The position numbers were made by a program, and so were the translations under genes. 63,146 nt of DNA, from the NCBI GenBank assembly GCA_945865725.1, contig CAMBEO010000005.1:1-63146 (forward strand). The letters run 5' to 3'. Positions 35,836 to 44,804 of this stretch are shown here, piece by piece. The stretch's first letter is position 1. Every line of letters begins with the position of its first letter. The notes below the pieces were generated by a model. The model worked only from the letters and a program-made list of their open reading frames with translations. It did no database searches and had not been told where the DNA came from. The stretch comes from Thermoflexus hugenholtzii JAD2 (GTDB lineage: Bacteria > Chloroflexota > UBA11872 > UBA12225).

Positions 35836-37162
35836 GGGCGATCTGCGGGAGGCGACGATCCAGGACGCGTGGGCCGCGACGGCCGGGCGTGTCGTTCCGG
35901 TCCGCGCGGGCGTCCCCCTTCGCGTTCGCTATCCCGGGTGGCGCAATCGCGGCGCCGGGCCCGACTTTCGTGACGCGGTCCTTGACGAGGGAAACGCCAC
36001 GCTTCGCGGCGACGTCGAGGTGCATCGCGACGCCCGCGACTGGGAGCGTCATGGTCACGGTGGCGACGCGCGGTACGCGAACGTGGTGTTGCACGTCGTT
36101 GGTGACACCCCCGAGGAGGGCGCTCCCGGTCCTGCGCGCGTCGTGCTGTTTGCCTCGCTCACTGGTGGCGACCCGCCACGTGAAGCGTCGCCGTTCGCCT
36201 GCCGGGCGGGAGAAGGGGCTATCGATCCGGCCGAGGTGGCACGACGCCTTGTCTCGATGGGCCTCGCGCGCCATCGCGCGGCGTCGGCTCGGATTGGCGC
36301 CCGGCGTGCAGGCTCCATCACCCCAAGGGGCGTGCCGGGAGTGCCAGACGCGACGCGGGCCGGGGAAGCCGACCTTGATCAAATCTCCTTCGAGGAGATC
36401 GCGAGCGCCCTCGGGTACGCCGGGAATGAGGGGCCGATGCGACGGTGCGCGCGTGCCCTGCCGTTGGCGGCGATCCGCGCGATGCCCGCCACCTCCGGCC
36501 CGAGCGACCCGGACGATGGGGCTGTCGACCCGGCGGTGCGGGCGCTTCTCGACGTGGCGGGTCTCGGTGCGCCTGACGGCGGCACGATCCAACGGCGATC
36601 ATCCCCCGCGACGGGCAATCGGCTGGCAGGCGGCGCGATCCGGTGGGCGCTTGCCGGAGCGCGACCGGGGAACCATCCGCGCCGGCGCCTTGCGCAGCTG
36701 GTCGCGATCGCGCGGTCGTGGCCGCAGGGCGGGATGGTCGCCGCCGTGCAGGCAATCATGAACGAGACGGGGGGATCGCCCCGCCGCGCAGGGCCGCGAT
36801 TGCGCGCGCTGGTCGCGACGGGGGCGCGCCTGGTGGGTGCCGCCCGGGGTGGACCCGCGCCGTCGACGTCCCGGGCGGGCGACATCGTCGTGAACGTGCT
36901 GCTGCCGTTGGCACGCGCGGTGGCGAGGCGCGCCGGAGATGACGTGGGTGTCGCAAGGGCCGACGCGGCGCTCGTGGCGCATCCGCCGCTCGCGACCAAC
37001 GCGGTGATTGCGCGCGTCGCGGAGCGCCTCGGGTACGCCCCGCGGGATGTCGCGCGTACCGCCGCGGCGCAACAGGGGCTGATCGCCATCTGGGACGGCC
37101 CGTGCCGCCCGCTGCAGTGCGCCGGGTGTCCGCTGGCCGTCAAGGTGCCCCACGACGGGTGA
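35822..37162 (+). CDS. DUF2851 family protein
   Basis: GWRNRGAGPDFRDAVL, GDVEVHRDARDWERHGH, YANVVLHVV. The only in-frame starts upstream of the conserved N-terminus are the TTG at 35822 and the ATG at 35738, and both lie inside repeat modules. Confidence 0.65.
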   Translation: MRSGAGDLREATIQDAWAATAGRVVPVRAGVPLRVRYPGWRNRGAGPDFRDAVLDEGNATLRGDVEVHRDARDWERHGHGGDARYANVVLHVVGDTPEEGAPGPARVVLFASLTGGDPPREASPFACRAGEGAIDPAEVARRLVSMGLARHRAASARIGARRAGSITPRGVPGVPDATRAGEADLDQISFEEIASALGYAGNEGPMRRCARALPLAAIRAMPATSGPSDPDDGAVDPAVRALLDVAGLGAPDGGTIQRRSSPATGNRLAGGAIRWALAGARPGNHPRRRLAQLVAIARSWPQGGMVAAVQAIMNETGGSPRRAGPRLRALVATGARLVGAARGGPAPSTSRAGDIVVNVLLPLARAVARRAGDDVGVARADAALVAHPPLATNAVIARVAERLGYAPRDVARTAAAQQGLIAIWDGPCRPLQCAGCPLAVKVPHDG

Positions 37163-37200
37163 AGGCCGGCCGGGTCCGCAGCCCGCACGTCACCCAACAT

Positions 37201-37489
37201 CCCGGAGCGGGCAAGGTCTTTCACCCGCGAGACCAGACCCCACCATCGTTATCCGCCTTCATTGGCCGCAAGCGCCCCGCGCTGCGGCGGGAGAGGGAAG
37301 CACCGCCGCCCCGGGACGGCCCTTTCATTGGCCGCAAGCGCCCCGCGCTGCGGCGGGAGAGGGAAGCCCCGCCGCCCCGGGACGGCCCTTTCATTGGCCG
37401 CAAGCGCCCCGCGCTGCGGCGGGAGAGGGAAGCACCGCCGCCCCCCGCCCCGGAGCGGGCAAGGTCTTTCACCCGCGAGACCAGACCCC
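37201..37489 (-). repeat. 3 x 66-bp tandem B modules (reverse orientation) bracketed by a perfect 41-bp direct repeat
   Basis: CCCGGAGCGGGCAAGGTCTTTCACCCGCGAGACCAGACCCC occurs at 37201-37241 and 37449-37489. TTCATTGGCCGCAAGCGCCCCGCGCTGCGGCGGGAGAGGGAAGC... units start at 37258, 37324 and 37390. Confidence 0.95.
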
Positions 37490-37557
37490 GGATCACTTCA
37501 ATGACGGGACCCCGGCTGGCCACGCGAACGGGCGTCGTGCGGCGGTGCGACGCGATG

Positions 37558-38490
37558 CTAGGCGGTGATCGAGATGCCGAGTTCCCGCACGCGCGCACCA
37601 ACGACAGCGACCTCGTCGGCGTCCGGAGTGTGCAGCGGGGCGGCGAGGACCGGGTGGGTGATGACGCCCAGGGAGGTGAGGGCAGCCTTCATCCCCCCGA
37701 AGCTGCGCGCGTGGCGACCGCCGGCCGTCAGGTCGAGGAGGCCCATCGCGCCATCAACCATCAGTTGCGCGGCGCGCGCGGTGTCGTGGTTCCCGCGCAA
37801 AGTCTCGTGCCAGGCGTCGACGCACGCCCGTGGCACGACGTTCGCGATCCCCGGGATGCACCCGTGGATGCCGGGGATGAGCGCCACCTCGGTCATGGCC
37901 TTCGACCCGAGGAAGATGCGAAGGGGTACGCCGGCGGCGGCGATGGCGCCAGCGAGGTCGCGCGCCCACGGCACGTCGCCCTGACTGTCCTTGATGCCGG
38001 CCACCGTGCCTTCGGTCGCCAGCTGCACGATGGTGTCGATCTCGACGCGGGTCTTGACCGTGGACGGGATGTTGTAGACGTACAACGGCAGGGCGATCGC
38101 GTCCCGCACGCGCCGGTAGAGGTCGAGCAGTTCCTCCTGGCTATTGGTGTAGTAGTAGGGCGGGGTGACGGCGATCGCGTCCACGCCGGCGGCGTCGGCG
38201 CGCCGGGCATGGTGCAGCGTCAGTCGCGTGCTGCAGTCCGACACGTTGGCGATGACCGGCAACTTGCCGTCAAGGGTCTCCACGACCGTGGCGATGACGT
38301 GTTCGCGCTCGTCAGCATCGATGCAGGCGAACTCGCCGGTGGTGCCGCAGGCCCAGATGCCGTCGACGCCCCCGTTGGCGAGGTAGCGCACGAGGCGCGC
38401 GAGGGACCGGAGGTCGACCTCGCCGCCGGGCGTGAGAGGGGTAAGGATCGGCGGCACGATACCGCCGAGGGGTTCGAGTTCTGCAGACAT
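37558..38490 (-). CDS. dihydrodipicolinate synthase/N-acetylneuraminate lyase family (class I aldolase) protein
   Basis: GIVPPILTP, GIWACGTTGEF, YNIPSTV, GIKDSQG (Schiff-base lysine context). The ATG at 38490 has GGAGG 6 nt upstream. Confidence 0.85.
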   Translation of the reverse strand: MSAELEPLGGIVPPILTPLTPGGEVDLRSLARLVRYLANGGVDGIWACGTTGEFACIDADEREHVIATVVETLDGKLPVIANVSDCSTRLTLHHARRADAAGVDAIAVTPPYYYTNSQEELLDLYRRVRDAIALPLYVYNIPSTVKTRVEIDTIVQLATEGTVAGIKDSQGDVPWARDLAGAIAAAGVPLRIFLGSKAMTEVALIPGIHGCIPGIANVVPRACVDAWHETLRGNHDTARAAQLMVDGAMGLLDLTAGGRHARSFGGMKAALTSLGVITHPVLAAPLHTPDADEVAVVGARVRELGISITA

Positions 38491-38557
38491 CGGTGCCTCC
38501 AGTGGGCGCGCACGGGCGGCGAAAGGTGCCGTCACCGGTTCCTATTGTGACGCCTTG

Positions 38558-39850
38558 CTACGCGAGGCGCATCTCGTGGCGGGTCGCCCCTGCGATTGCG
38601 CCGGTCGCGGCGGCGCCATTGAGAGCGATCGCCACGGATGGCGCGAAGTACGGGAAGTCCCACGAGACGCGGTCGCCCGCCCGCTTGCCCGGAACCGGGA
38701 AGAGCCGCGCGGTCAGGGGCTTGTCCAGGCGCACCGCGAGGGTCGCCATGTCGAGGATCACGGCGCCGAGGGTGGCGCCATCGACGTCGCCCGGCAGGGG
38801 AACGGTGTCCAGTCCAAGGCCACAGACCGTGCTGGCGAGGAGGAGGCGGTCGATCGACACGTGGCCCTCGGCGGCGCGCACGGCGAGGGTCGCGTCCTCG
38901 AGGACGGGCATCATCAGCCCCGAGAACCCGGCGGGGCGGAAGGCGCCGGCGGCGGTGCGTCCGGCCATGCCGGTGCGGCCCGCCACCTCGTGGAGGCACT
39001 CGGTCAGGAAGCTGGCGACGAACGTCGTTCCCGGGCCGCCGAACGCGGGCAGGCCGATGGCCTCGAAGGCGGCACCGATCGACGATCCGGCTGCGGGGAA
39101 CGGTGCCGGGGAGAAGTCGACGCCGACGAAGCGCGCTCCGGGATGCTTCGCGACGGCCGCGCGTGCCAGTCCGGCGACCCGGTCGACCGCGGTAGCCAAG
39201 CCGTTGACGAGGCGGGTGCGGGCGTCCTCGAGGTCGCGCGCGCCGCCGAAGGCCGCCTCCACGACATCAGCGCACTCGAGGGCGAGGCCGACGGCCATCC
39301 CCGGAGCGCGGTCGTGGTAGGCGGCTGGGAAGAACGGCACGTGCGCGCCGCAGTTCGCGATCGCGGCGAACCGGAGGTTGCCGAAGCCGTCGTTCCCGGT
39401 CTGCGCGATGGCGGCGACGACGTCCCCGGCCATCCGGCAGGCATCCATGGCGATCGTGCCGGCACCCGCGGAGGTGCGGCTTCCGACCGTCGCGGTGATG
39501 GCGACCCGCCCGGTTCCCCCCACGATCGCTGGCGCGGCCTCGAGGAGCGGTTGCCAAGCGCCGTCGGGCAAGGCGACGGCGTCGATGGTGCCCAGCGAGA
39601 CGAACCCGAACCCGTGCGCCGGGGCGAGGGTGTCGAGGGCAAGCGCGAGGTCCCGGAGGCGAGCGGCGCCGTCCGTGCCGGTGCCGACGGTGTCGACCGG
39701 TGGGAGGGCGATGCGGACGGTCTGTACTTCGAGGTCGGCCGCCTCGAGGGCGTGGCGGACGGCATCTGCGAGGGTCTCGGCGCCGCGCATGGCGGAGATG
39801 GGGTCCGCCGGGTCGACGGCGGCGAAGACGGTGACGGCGCGCACCTTCAT
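38558..39850 (-). CDS. UPF0210/DUF711 family protein
   Basis: About 430 aa with N-terminus MKVRAVTVFAAVDP, typical of UPF0210. ATG at 39850. Confidence 0.7.
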   Translation of the reverse strand: MKVRAVTVFAAVDPADPISAMRGAETLADAVRHALEAADLEVQTVRIALPPVDTVGTGTDGAARLRDLALALDTLAPAHGFGFVSLGTIDAVALPDGAWQPLLEAAPAIVGGTGRVAITATVGSRTSAGAGTIAMDACRMAGDVVAAIAQTGNDGFGNLRFAAIANCGAHVPFFPAAYHDRAPGMAVGLALECADVVEAAFGGARDLEDARTRLVNGLATAVDRVAGLARAAVAKHPGARFVGVDFSPAPFPAAGSSIGAAFEAIGLPAFGGPGTTFVASFLTECLHEVAGRTGMAGRTAAGAFRPAGFSGLMMPVLEDATLAVRAAEGHVSIDRLLLASTVCGLGLDTVPLPGDVDGATLGAVILDMATLAVRLDKPLTARLFPVPGKRAGDRVSWDFPYFAPSVAIALNGAAATGAIAGATRHEMRLA

Positions 39851-40041
39851 TTTGGGATGGTCCTTGGGTCGTTGAAGTGCGGGAATGGTGCCATTGAGTG
39901 GCGCGATCGGGAGGCATCCTGCCGGCCGCCAAGCCCGCACGTCGCTCGGGAAGGAGGGTCGGGCAGGCGCGCGACGAGGATGGTGGCGCGCGTGGGGGCA
40001 CCGGGTGGTGCACGGTCCTAGCCCACCACCCGACGCGCAGT

Positions 40042-40134
40042 TGAATGAGGACGTTCACGATGCTCGCGCCAACGAACGCAAACGTTCATAACGTTCGCGC
40101 CAATGAACGAGAGCATTCATAACGAGGTAGCCTT
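40042..40134 (+). promoter_or_regulatory. three 31-bp iterated units, each starting with a 16-bp imperfect dyad TGAAYG-N4-CRTTCA; candidate operator/iteron upstream of fic
   Basis: TGAATGAGGACGTTCA (40042-40057), CGAACGCAAACGTTCA (40073-40088), TGAACGAGAGCATTCA (40104-40119). Exact 31-bp spacing in a locally AT-richer spacer between the divergent UPF0210 and fic genes. Confidence 0.6.
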
Positions 40135-40178
40135 GCGAGGTTGCCACCGAGGTCGGCGACTCGTAATGGAGCGGAGTA

Positions 40179-41363
40179 ATGGGCGGGGCAGCCACGAAGC
40201 GGGTCACTGGCTATTACGACCGGGCGGTCGCGTCTGGCGAACGGTGGGGCGCTTTCGTCCCGTTCGACCTGCCTCCGTTCGACCCGCCGCTGGCCGTGTC
40301 GGCCGAGGCGGTCGCCCGGGCCGAGTCCGCCTTGGCGCGCCTGCGCGACGCGTCGCCGCTCGTCCCCTCGGTCGACTGGTTCACCTTTGCCTTGGCGCAG
40401 AAGGAAGCGGTCCTTACCTCGCAGCTCGAGGGCACGCGTGCGACGATGGGCGACGTACTCGACTGGAGGGCGCGGTCCGGCGGGGGCGTGGGCGTCGGGC
40501 CGTCCGGAGACGTCGCGGAGGTCGCCAACTACACCGAGGCGATGGCGTACGCGTTTGACCAAATCGCGTCGCCGGCTGGCCTGCCGATCTCGTCCCGCCT
40601 GCTGGATGGGGCGCACCGAATCCTCCTTCAGGGAATGCGCTCGGCGGACCGCCTTCCCGGCGAGGCGAGGCGGTCGCAGAACTGGATCGGCGGCACCCGC
40701 CCGGGAAATGCCACGTACGTGCCTCCACCGCATGCCGAGGTCGCGCGACTGCTTTCGGCCCTGTTCGGGTACGTCCACCGCGGCGATGGCGCCCATTCCC
40801 CGGTCGTCCGCACGGGCCTCGTCCACGCCCAGTTCGAGATGATCCACCCGTATCTCGACGGTAACGGCAGGATCGGGCGGCTCCTTGTAGCGCTGCTCCT
40901 GGCACACTGGGGCCTCCTCGAACGGCCAGTGTTGTATGTCAGTCTGGCGCTGAAACGACGGCGCCGCGAGTACTACGACCGCTTAGCAGACATCCCAGCG
41001 CGCGGCGACTGGGAGGGGTGGATCGGGTTCTTCCTCGATGCGATCGCGGAGGCATCGGACCAAACGGTGTCCGACATCCACGCCCTCGCGCGAAGCGTCG
41101 AGTCGGACCGTCGGAGCATCATCGACCTTCCGGACGTGACGGTGGCGGCGATCCGGTTGTTCGAGTTACTGCCGCGCTACCCGGTAGTCTCCGTGGCGAC
41201 GGTTGCGCACCAGCTTGGGCTGTCGAAACCGACGGCGACGCGCGCGATCGAGACGGTCGTGCGCGCGGGTGTGCTGACCGAACAAACTGGGCGGGCACGG
41301 GGGCGCCAATGGGCGTACGGGGCATACCTCGCCACGCTCGTAGCCGAGACGGAACTGCCGTAG
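40179..41363 (+). CDS. Fic family protein (class II, N-terminal inhibitory helix) with C-terminal winged-helix domain
   Basis: Fic motif HPYLDGNGRIGRLL. Inhibitory motif TSQLEG, matching [ST]xxxE[GN]. C-terminal wHTH-like segment VATVAHQLGLSKPTATRAIE. Confidence 0.9.
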   Translation: MGGAATKRVTGYYDRAVASGERWGAFVPFDLPPFDPPLAVSAEAVARAESALARLRDASPLVPSVDWFTFALAQKEAVLTSQLEGTRATMGDVLDWRARSGGGVGVGPSGDVAEVANYTEAMAYAFDQIASPAGLPISSRLLDGAHRILLQGMRSADRLPGEARRSQNWIGGTRPGNATYVPPPHAEVARLLSALFGYVHRGDGAHSPVVRTGLVHAQFEMIHPYLDGNGRIGRLLVALLLAHWGLLERPVLYVSLALKRRRREYYDRLADIPARGDWEGWIGFFLDAIAEASDQTVSDIHALARSVESDRRSIIDLPDVTVAAIRLFELLPRYPVVSVATVAHQLGLSKPTATRAIETVVRAGVLTEQTGRARGRQWAYGAYLATLVAETELP

Positions 41364-41427
41364 GCGCAGGTGCTCAGCGCCACGTTCGGGTCGAGGCGCC
41401 CGAGGGCGAGGGGGAGAAGGACGCAGT

Positions 41428-41500
41428 TCCATCTGCCGCACTCGCCCCACGCTGCGGCGGGAGGGGGAGGCACCACCCCCTCCCACGCTGTGGCGCGAAC
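41428..41500 (-). repeat. hairpin-repeat module (B-variant, reverse orientation)
   Basis: CCATCTGCCGCACTCGCCCCACGCTGCGGCGGGAGGGGGAGGCACCACC resembles the reverse complement of the 18846-type unit. Confidence 0.75.
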
Positions 41501-41524
41501 GCGGGGAAAACACCGCGCGACGCC

Positions 41525-41540
41525 TATATTTACGTTTATG
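41525..41540 (+). promoter_or_regulatory. candidate -10 box (TATATT) 7 nt upstream of the helicase ATG; possible leaderless transcript
   Basis: CGCCTATATTTACGTTTATGG is the only strongly AT-rich stretch in the spacer. There is no Shine-Dalgarno sequence before the ATG at 41538. Confidence 0.35.
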
Positions 41541-44500
41541 GTGACGACCCAAACCGAAGGCGGGCCGGAAGCGGACGCGACGCTTCCCCGCGTGCCGCGC
41601 CCAACCCCCGAGGTCGCCGCGGCGGTCGCGGCATTCGCGGCGCGCTACCCCTTCCCCCTTGACGTCTTCCAGGTCGAGGCGGCCCATGCCCTCGAGGCCG
41701 GCCGCTCGGTCCTGGTCGCCGCGCCGACCGGTACGGGCAAGACGGTCGTGGCCGACTACGGCGTCGAGCTCGCGCGACGGCTCGGCATGCGCGCGATCTA
41801 CACCGCGCCGATCAAGGCGTTGTCGAACCAGAAGTTCCACGACTGGCGGGCGGTACACGGCGACGACGTCGGCCTCCTGACGGGCGACGTCTCGGAGAAC
41901 CCGGACGGAAGCGTCCTCGTGATGACGACCGAGGTGCTCCGCAACATGCTGTTGCGCGGCGGCGACGCGTTGCGCGACACCGCGGTCGTCATCTTCGACG
42001 AGGTGCACTTCCTCGCGGACCCGGAGCGCGGCACGACGTGGGAGGAGGCCATCCTCTCGTGCCCGCCCCACGTCCGCCTCGTCTGCCTGTCAGCGACGAT
42101 CTCGAACGCCCCCGAGATCGCGCGATGGATCGGGCGCGTCCACCGCGAGGTCACCCTCGTCGAACACCCGGTGCGGGCGGTGCCGATCGACCACCTGTAC
42201 CTGCACGACGGCGCACTGTGGCCGCTGGTCGATGCCGACGGTACCCGCCACCAGCCATCGCGCACCGGCGGCGAATTGCGGGTTCCCCGCCCGGTCGGCG
42301 TGACCCGCGGCGCCCGCCCGAATGACCCGCCCCATCCGCGCGACGTCCTCGGCATTCTCGGGTCGCATGGGATGCTGCCGGTGATCTGGTTCCAGTTCGG
42401 TCGGCGCGCCTGCGAGGTTGCCGCCTCGGCGTGCTTGCAACCGGGCGGGCGTGGCGGCGTGCCGGTCGACTTCGGCGGCGACCGCGAGATGCACCGGCGG
42501 CGCACTGAACGCGTCGCGGCGACGCTTGCGGTCCTTCGGCCCGAGGATCGCGCCCTTCAACAGGTCCAGGAGATCGTGCGCCTCGTCGACCACGGCCTCG
42601 CCTTCCACCATGCGGGCGTCCTGCCGGTCCTCAAGCAACTGGTCGAGGGGCTGTTCACCGACGGCCTATTGGCCGCCGTCTTCGCGACGGAGACGCTGGC
42701 ACTGGGCGTCAACATGCCGGCGCGAAGCGTGGTGGTGACCGAACACACCAAATACGACGGTACGTCGCGCCGCGTGCTGTTGCCGAACGAGTACCAGCAA
42801 CTCGCCGGGCGCGCGGGGCGGCGAGGCATGGACGCGCGGGGCTTCGCGGTGAACCTCGAGAGCCCGTGGACGACGTGCGCCGAGGTGCAGGACATCGCCA
42901 CGGCGCCGCTCTTCCCGGTGCGGAGTGCGTTCACCGCCCGCTACCACACGGTGGCGAGCCTGTGGGACGGCACGGTGCGCGGGCGCGACCGCCTCGAACG
43001 GCTGTTCTCGTCAAGCCTGCGCCAGTTCCAGACGGACGACGCGCTCCGGGCGGTCGTCGACGAGGTCGAGGAGTTGCGCACGGAAGTGCGGGCGCGCCAT
43101 TACACGTGTCCCGTGGACGGGGTTGCGGACGACGCCGTGGTGGAGTACGGCGCGTGGCGTCGCGACCTTGCCGAGGCGCGTCGGCAGGTCGTGCGCGGGC
43201 GCACCGCGCTCGCAGGGGCGGCGCGCGATGCGGGACACCTGCCGTGGACGCCGCCGGCGCCGGGGATGGTCAAGCGCGCGATGGGGGCGTTCACTGGCGG
43301 CGAGGTCGTGCACCTCTCCGACTGGCGGGCCGGAACCGACGTGGCGGTCTCGGCCGCCGGGCCGGGCGCCTGGGCGGTCTTCCTGCGTCGGGAGGGCACC
43401 GGGCCGGGAGTGTTTCTCGTCGGCGAGGAGGTCGTGCCGGTACCGCAATGGGCGATGATCACGCGCCTCGGCCCCCCGCGAGGTGGGACGACGCGGATTG
43501 CGGTGCCGGCGGCGTTGCGGGACGCGCTCGTGGGGGATCCCGTCGACGCGTACGAGGCAAGCCTGCGCGCGGGCGTGTCGGGACGCCTGGTCGCCCTCGA
43601 CCTGCCCGACGCGTCGCGCCACGAAGCGAACCGCGAGGCGCGCCAGGCGGCCCTGGAAGCGCGCCTCCTGACGCCGCACCTCGAACGTGAGGCGTCCCTC
43701 GCGACCGGGTTGGTCGCCCACGCGTGCCACGCCTGCACGTACCGGGCGACGCACGAGCGCGCGTGGAAGCACGAGCGCGAGGCACAGGTCTCCCTGCAAG
43801 CGGCGGAGGCCGAGGCATCGAGCGTCGAACGCCTCGCGGCGACGCAGGCGACGCGGACCCTCGACGCCATCGTCGGCGTGCTCGGCGAGTTCGGGGTCTT
43901 GACGCCGACGCGCGACGGCCTCGCCGCGCCGACCGACATGGCGATCGCGCTGACGTCCATCTACGACCCGACCGGCCTGTTGCTCCTGAATGCCGCACGC
44001 CGGGGCTGGTTCGACCAGCTGAACCCGGCCGACATGATGGAGGTCGTGTCGTGGTTCTGCTTCGACCGCGACACGGTGCGGTGGAACCGGTTCCGGGTAT
44101 CGACGCTCGTGCGGGAGGTGCGCGACCGGCTATCCGAACTGTCGCAAGCGCTTGCCGATGCCGAGGAGCATGCGGACCTTCCTCCAACCTCGGGTCCGAG
44201 CGTCGTGCTTGAGGGGCCGGTGACCGCGTGGTGCCGGGGCGCGACGTTCGCCGACCTCCTTGACGGCATCGGCGTCGCCGAGGGCGACCTCCTTCAAGTG
44301 CTCAACAAGACCTTGGACCTGGCGTCGCAACTGCGCGAGGGCGCGCGGGCGATGGGCATGGGCGAGGCTGGTGACACCGGGCACCCGGCACCGCGGATTG
44401 TCAACCGGGGACGGGCGCGCCGATCCGATGCGTCCTACGCCCGCGAACCGGGCGAGACTTCGGCAGGGGATCCGGGGCAACCCGCGGGGCAGTCGCTGGT

Positions 44501-44741
44501 GGCGCGCCTCGAGGAGGGTGACCGCCTGGTCCGGCGAGGCCTCGTCTCGGAGTCGCTGCGCCTGATCGTGGCTGGGGCAGGGCCGGAGACGACATCGACT
44601 GACGCGGCGGTCGCCGGAGCGCTCGCTGCCGCCGAGCGCGCCGCGCCGGCCCGTGAGAAGCCGCGCCGACGCCGTGTCGCGACGCTGCGACGAACGCCCC
44701 CTCCCCCAGCCCCTCCCCCGCTTCGCGGGAGAGGGGAGTAG
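41538..44741 (+). CDS. Ski2/HelY-like DEAD/DEAH-box (DExH) helicase
   Basis: AAPTGTGKT (motif I), IFDEVHFL (II), LSATISN (III), HHAGVLP, QLAGRAGRRG (VI). ATG at 41538. The last ~15 codons and the stop lie in a repeat module. Confidence 0.85.
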   Translation: MVTTQTEGGPEADATLPRVPRPTPEVAAAVAAFAARYPFPLDVFQVEAAHALEAGRSVLVAAPTGTGKTVVADYGVELARRLGMRAIYTAPIKALSNQKFHDWRAVHGDDVGLLTGDVSENPDGSVLVMTTEVLRNMLLRGGDALRDTAVVIFDEVHFLADPERGTTWEEAILSCPPHVRLVCLSATISNAPEIARWIGRVHREVTLVEHPVRAVPIDHLYLHDGALWPLVDADGTRHQPSRTGGELRVPRPVGVTRGARPNDPPHPRDVLGILGSHGMLPVIWFQFGRRACEVAASACLQPGGRGGVPVDFGGDREMHRRRTERVAATLAVLRPEDRALQQVQEIVRLVDHGLAFHHAGVLPVLKQLVEGLFTDGLLAAVFATETLALGVNMPARSVVVTEHTKYDGTSRRVLLPNEYQQLAGRAGRRGMDARGFAVNLESPWTTCAEVQDIATAPLFPVRSAFTARYHTVASLWDGTVRGRDRLERLFSSSLRQFQTDDALRAVVDEVEELRTEVRARHYTCPVDGVADDAVVEYGAWRRDLAEARRQVVRGRTALAGAARDAGHLPWTPPAPGMVKRAMGAFTGGEVVHLSDWRAGTDVAVSAAGPGAWAVFLRREGTGPGVFLVGEEVVPVPQWAMITRLGPPRGGTTRIAVPAALRDALVGDPVDAYEASLRAGVSGRLVALDLPDASRHEANREARQAALEARLLTPHLEREASLATGLVAHACHACTYRATHERAWKHEREAQVSLQAAEAEASSVERLAATQATRTLDAIVGVLGEFGVLTPTRDGLAAPTDMAIALTSIYDPTGLLLLNAARRGWFDQLNPADMMEVVSWFCFDRDTVRWNRFRVSTLVREVRDRLSELSQALADAEEHADLPPTSGPSVVLEGPVTAWCRGATFADLLDGIGVAEGDLLQVLNKTLDLASQLREGARAMGMGEAGDTGHPAPRIVNRGRARRSDASYAREPGETSAGDPGQPAGQSLVARLEEGDRLVRRGLVSESLRLIVAGAGPETTSTDAAVAGALAAAERAAPAREKPRRRRVATLRRTPPPPAPPPLRGRGE

Positions 44742-44796
44742 CGCCCGCCTTCTGCCGCAAGCGCCCCGCGCTTCTCCGGAGAGGGGAGTAGTGCCC
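44696..44796 (-). repeat. two E-type hairpin modules overlapping the helicase 3' end
   Basis: CCCCTCCCCCGCTTCGCGGGAGAGGGGAGTAGCGCCC and GCCGCAAGCGCCCCGCGCTTCTCCGGAGAGGGGAGTAGTGCCC. The helicase TAG (44739-44741) lies within the first unit. Confidence 0.8.
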
Positions 44797-44804
44797 TTGA
44801 TCGA

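Noticed and set aside
40042-40119. Reading the fic-upstream dyads as LexA (Cheo/SOS) boxes.
   Set aside because: The half-sites resemble GAAC/GTTC but are separated by 6 nt (GAAC-N6-GTTC), not the 4 nt of CGAAC-N4-GTTCG. The flanking genes are not SOS-type.
39851-40178. A replication origin at ~40 kb. Gene orientation switches from mostly minus (14.9-39.9 kb) to mostly plus (40-63 kb), and the spacer holds iterated AT-richer repeats.
   Set aside because: There are no TTATCCACA-type DnaA boxes, no dnaA/dnaN/gyrB nearby and no extended AT-rich unwinding element. A 63-kb window cannot establish strand bias or GC skew.
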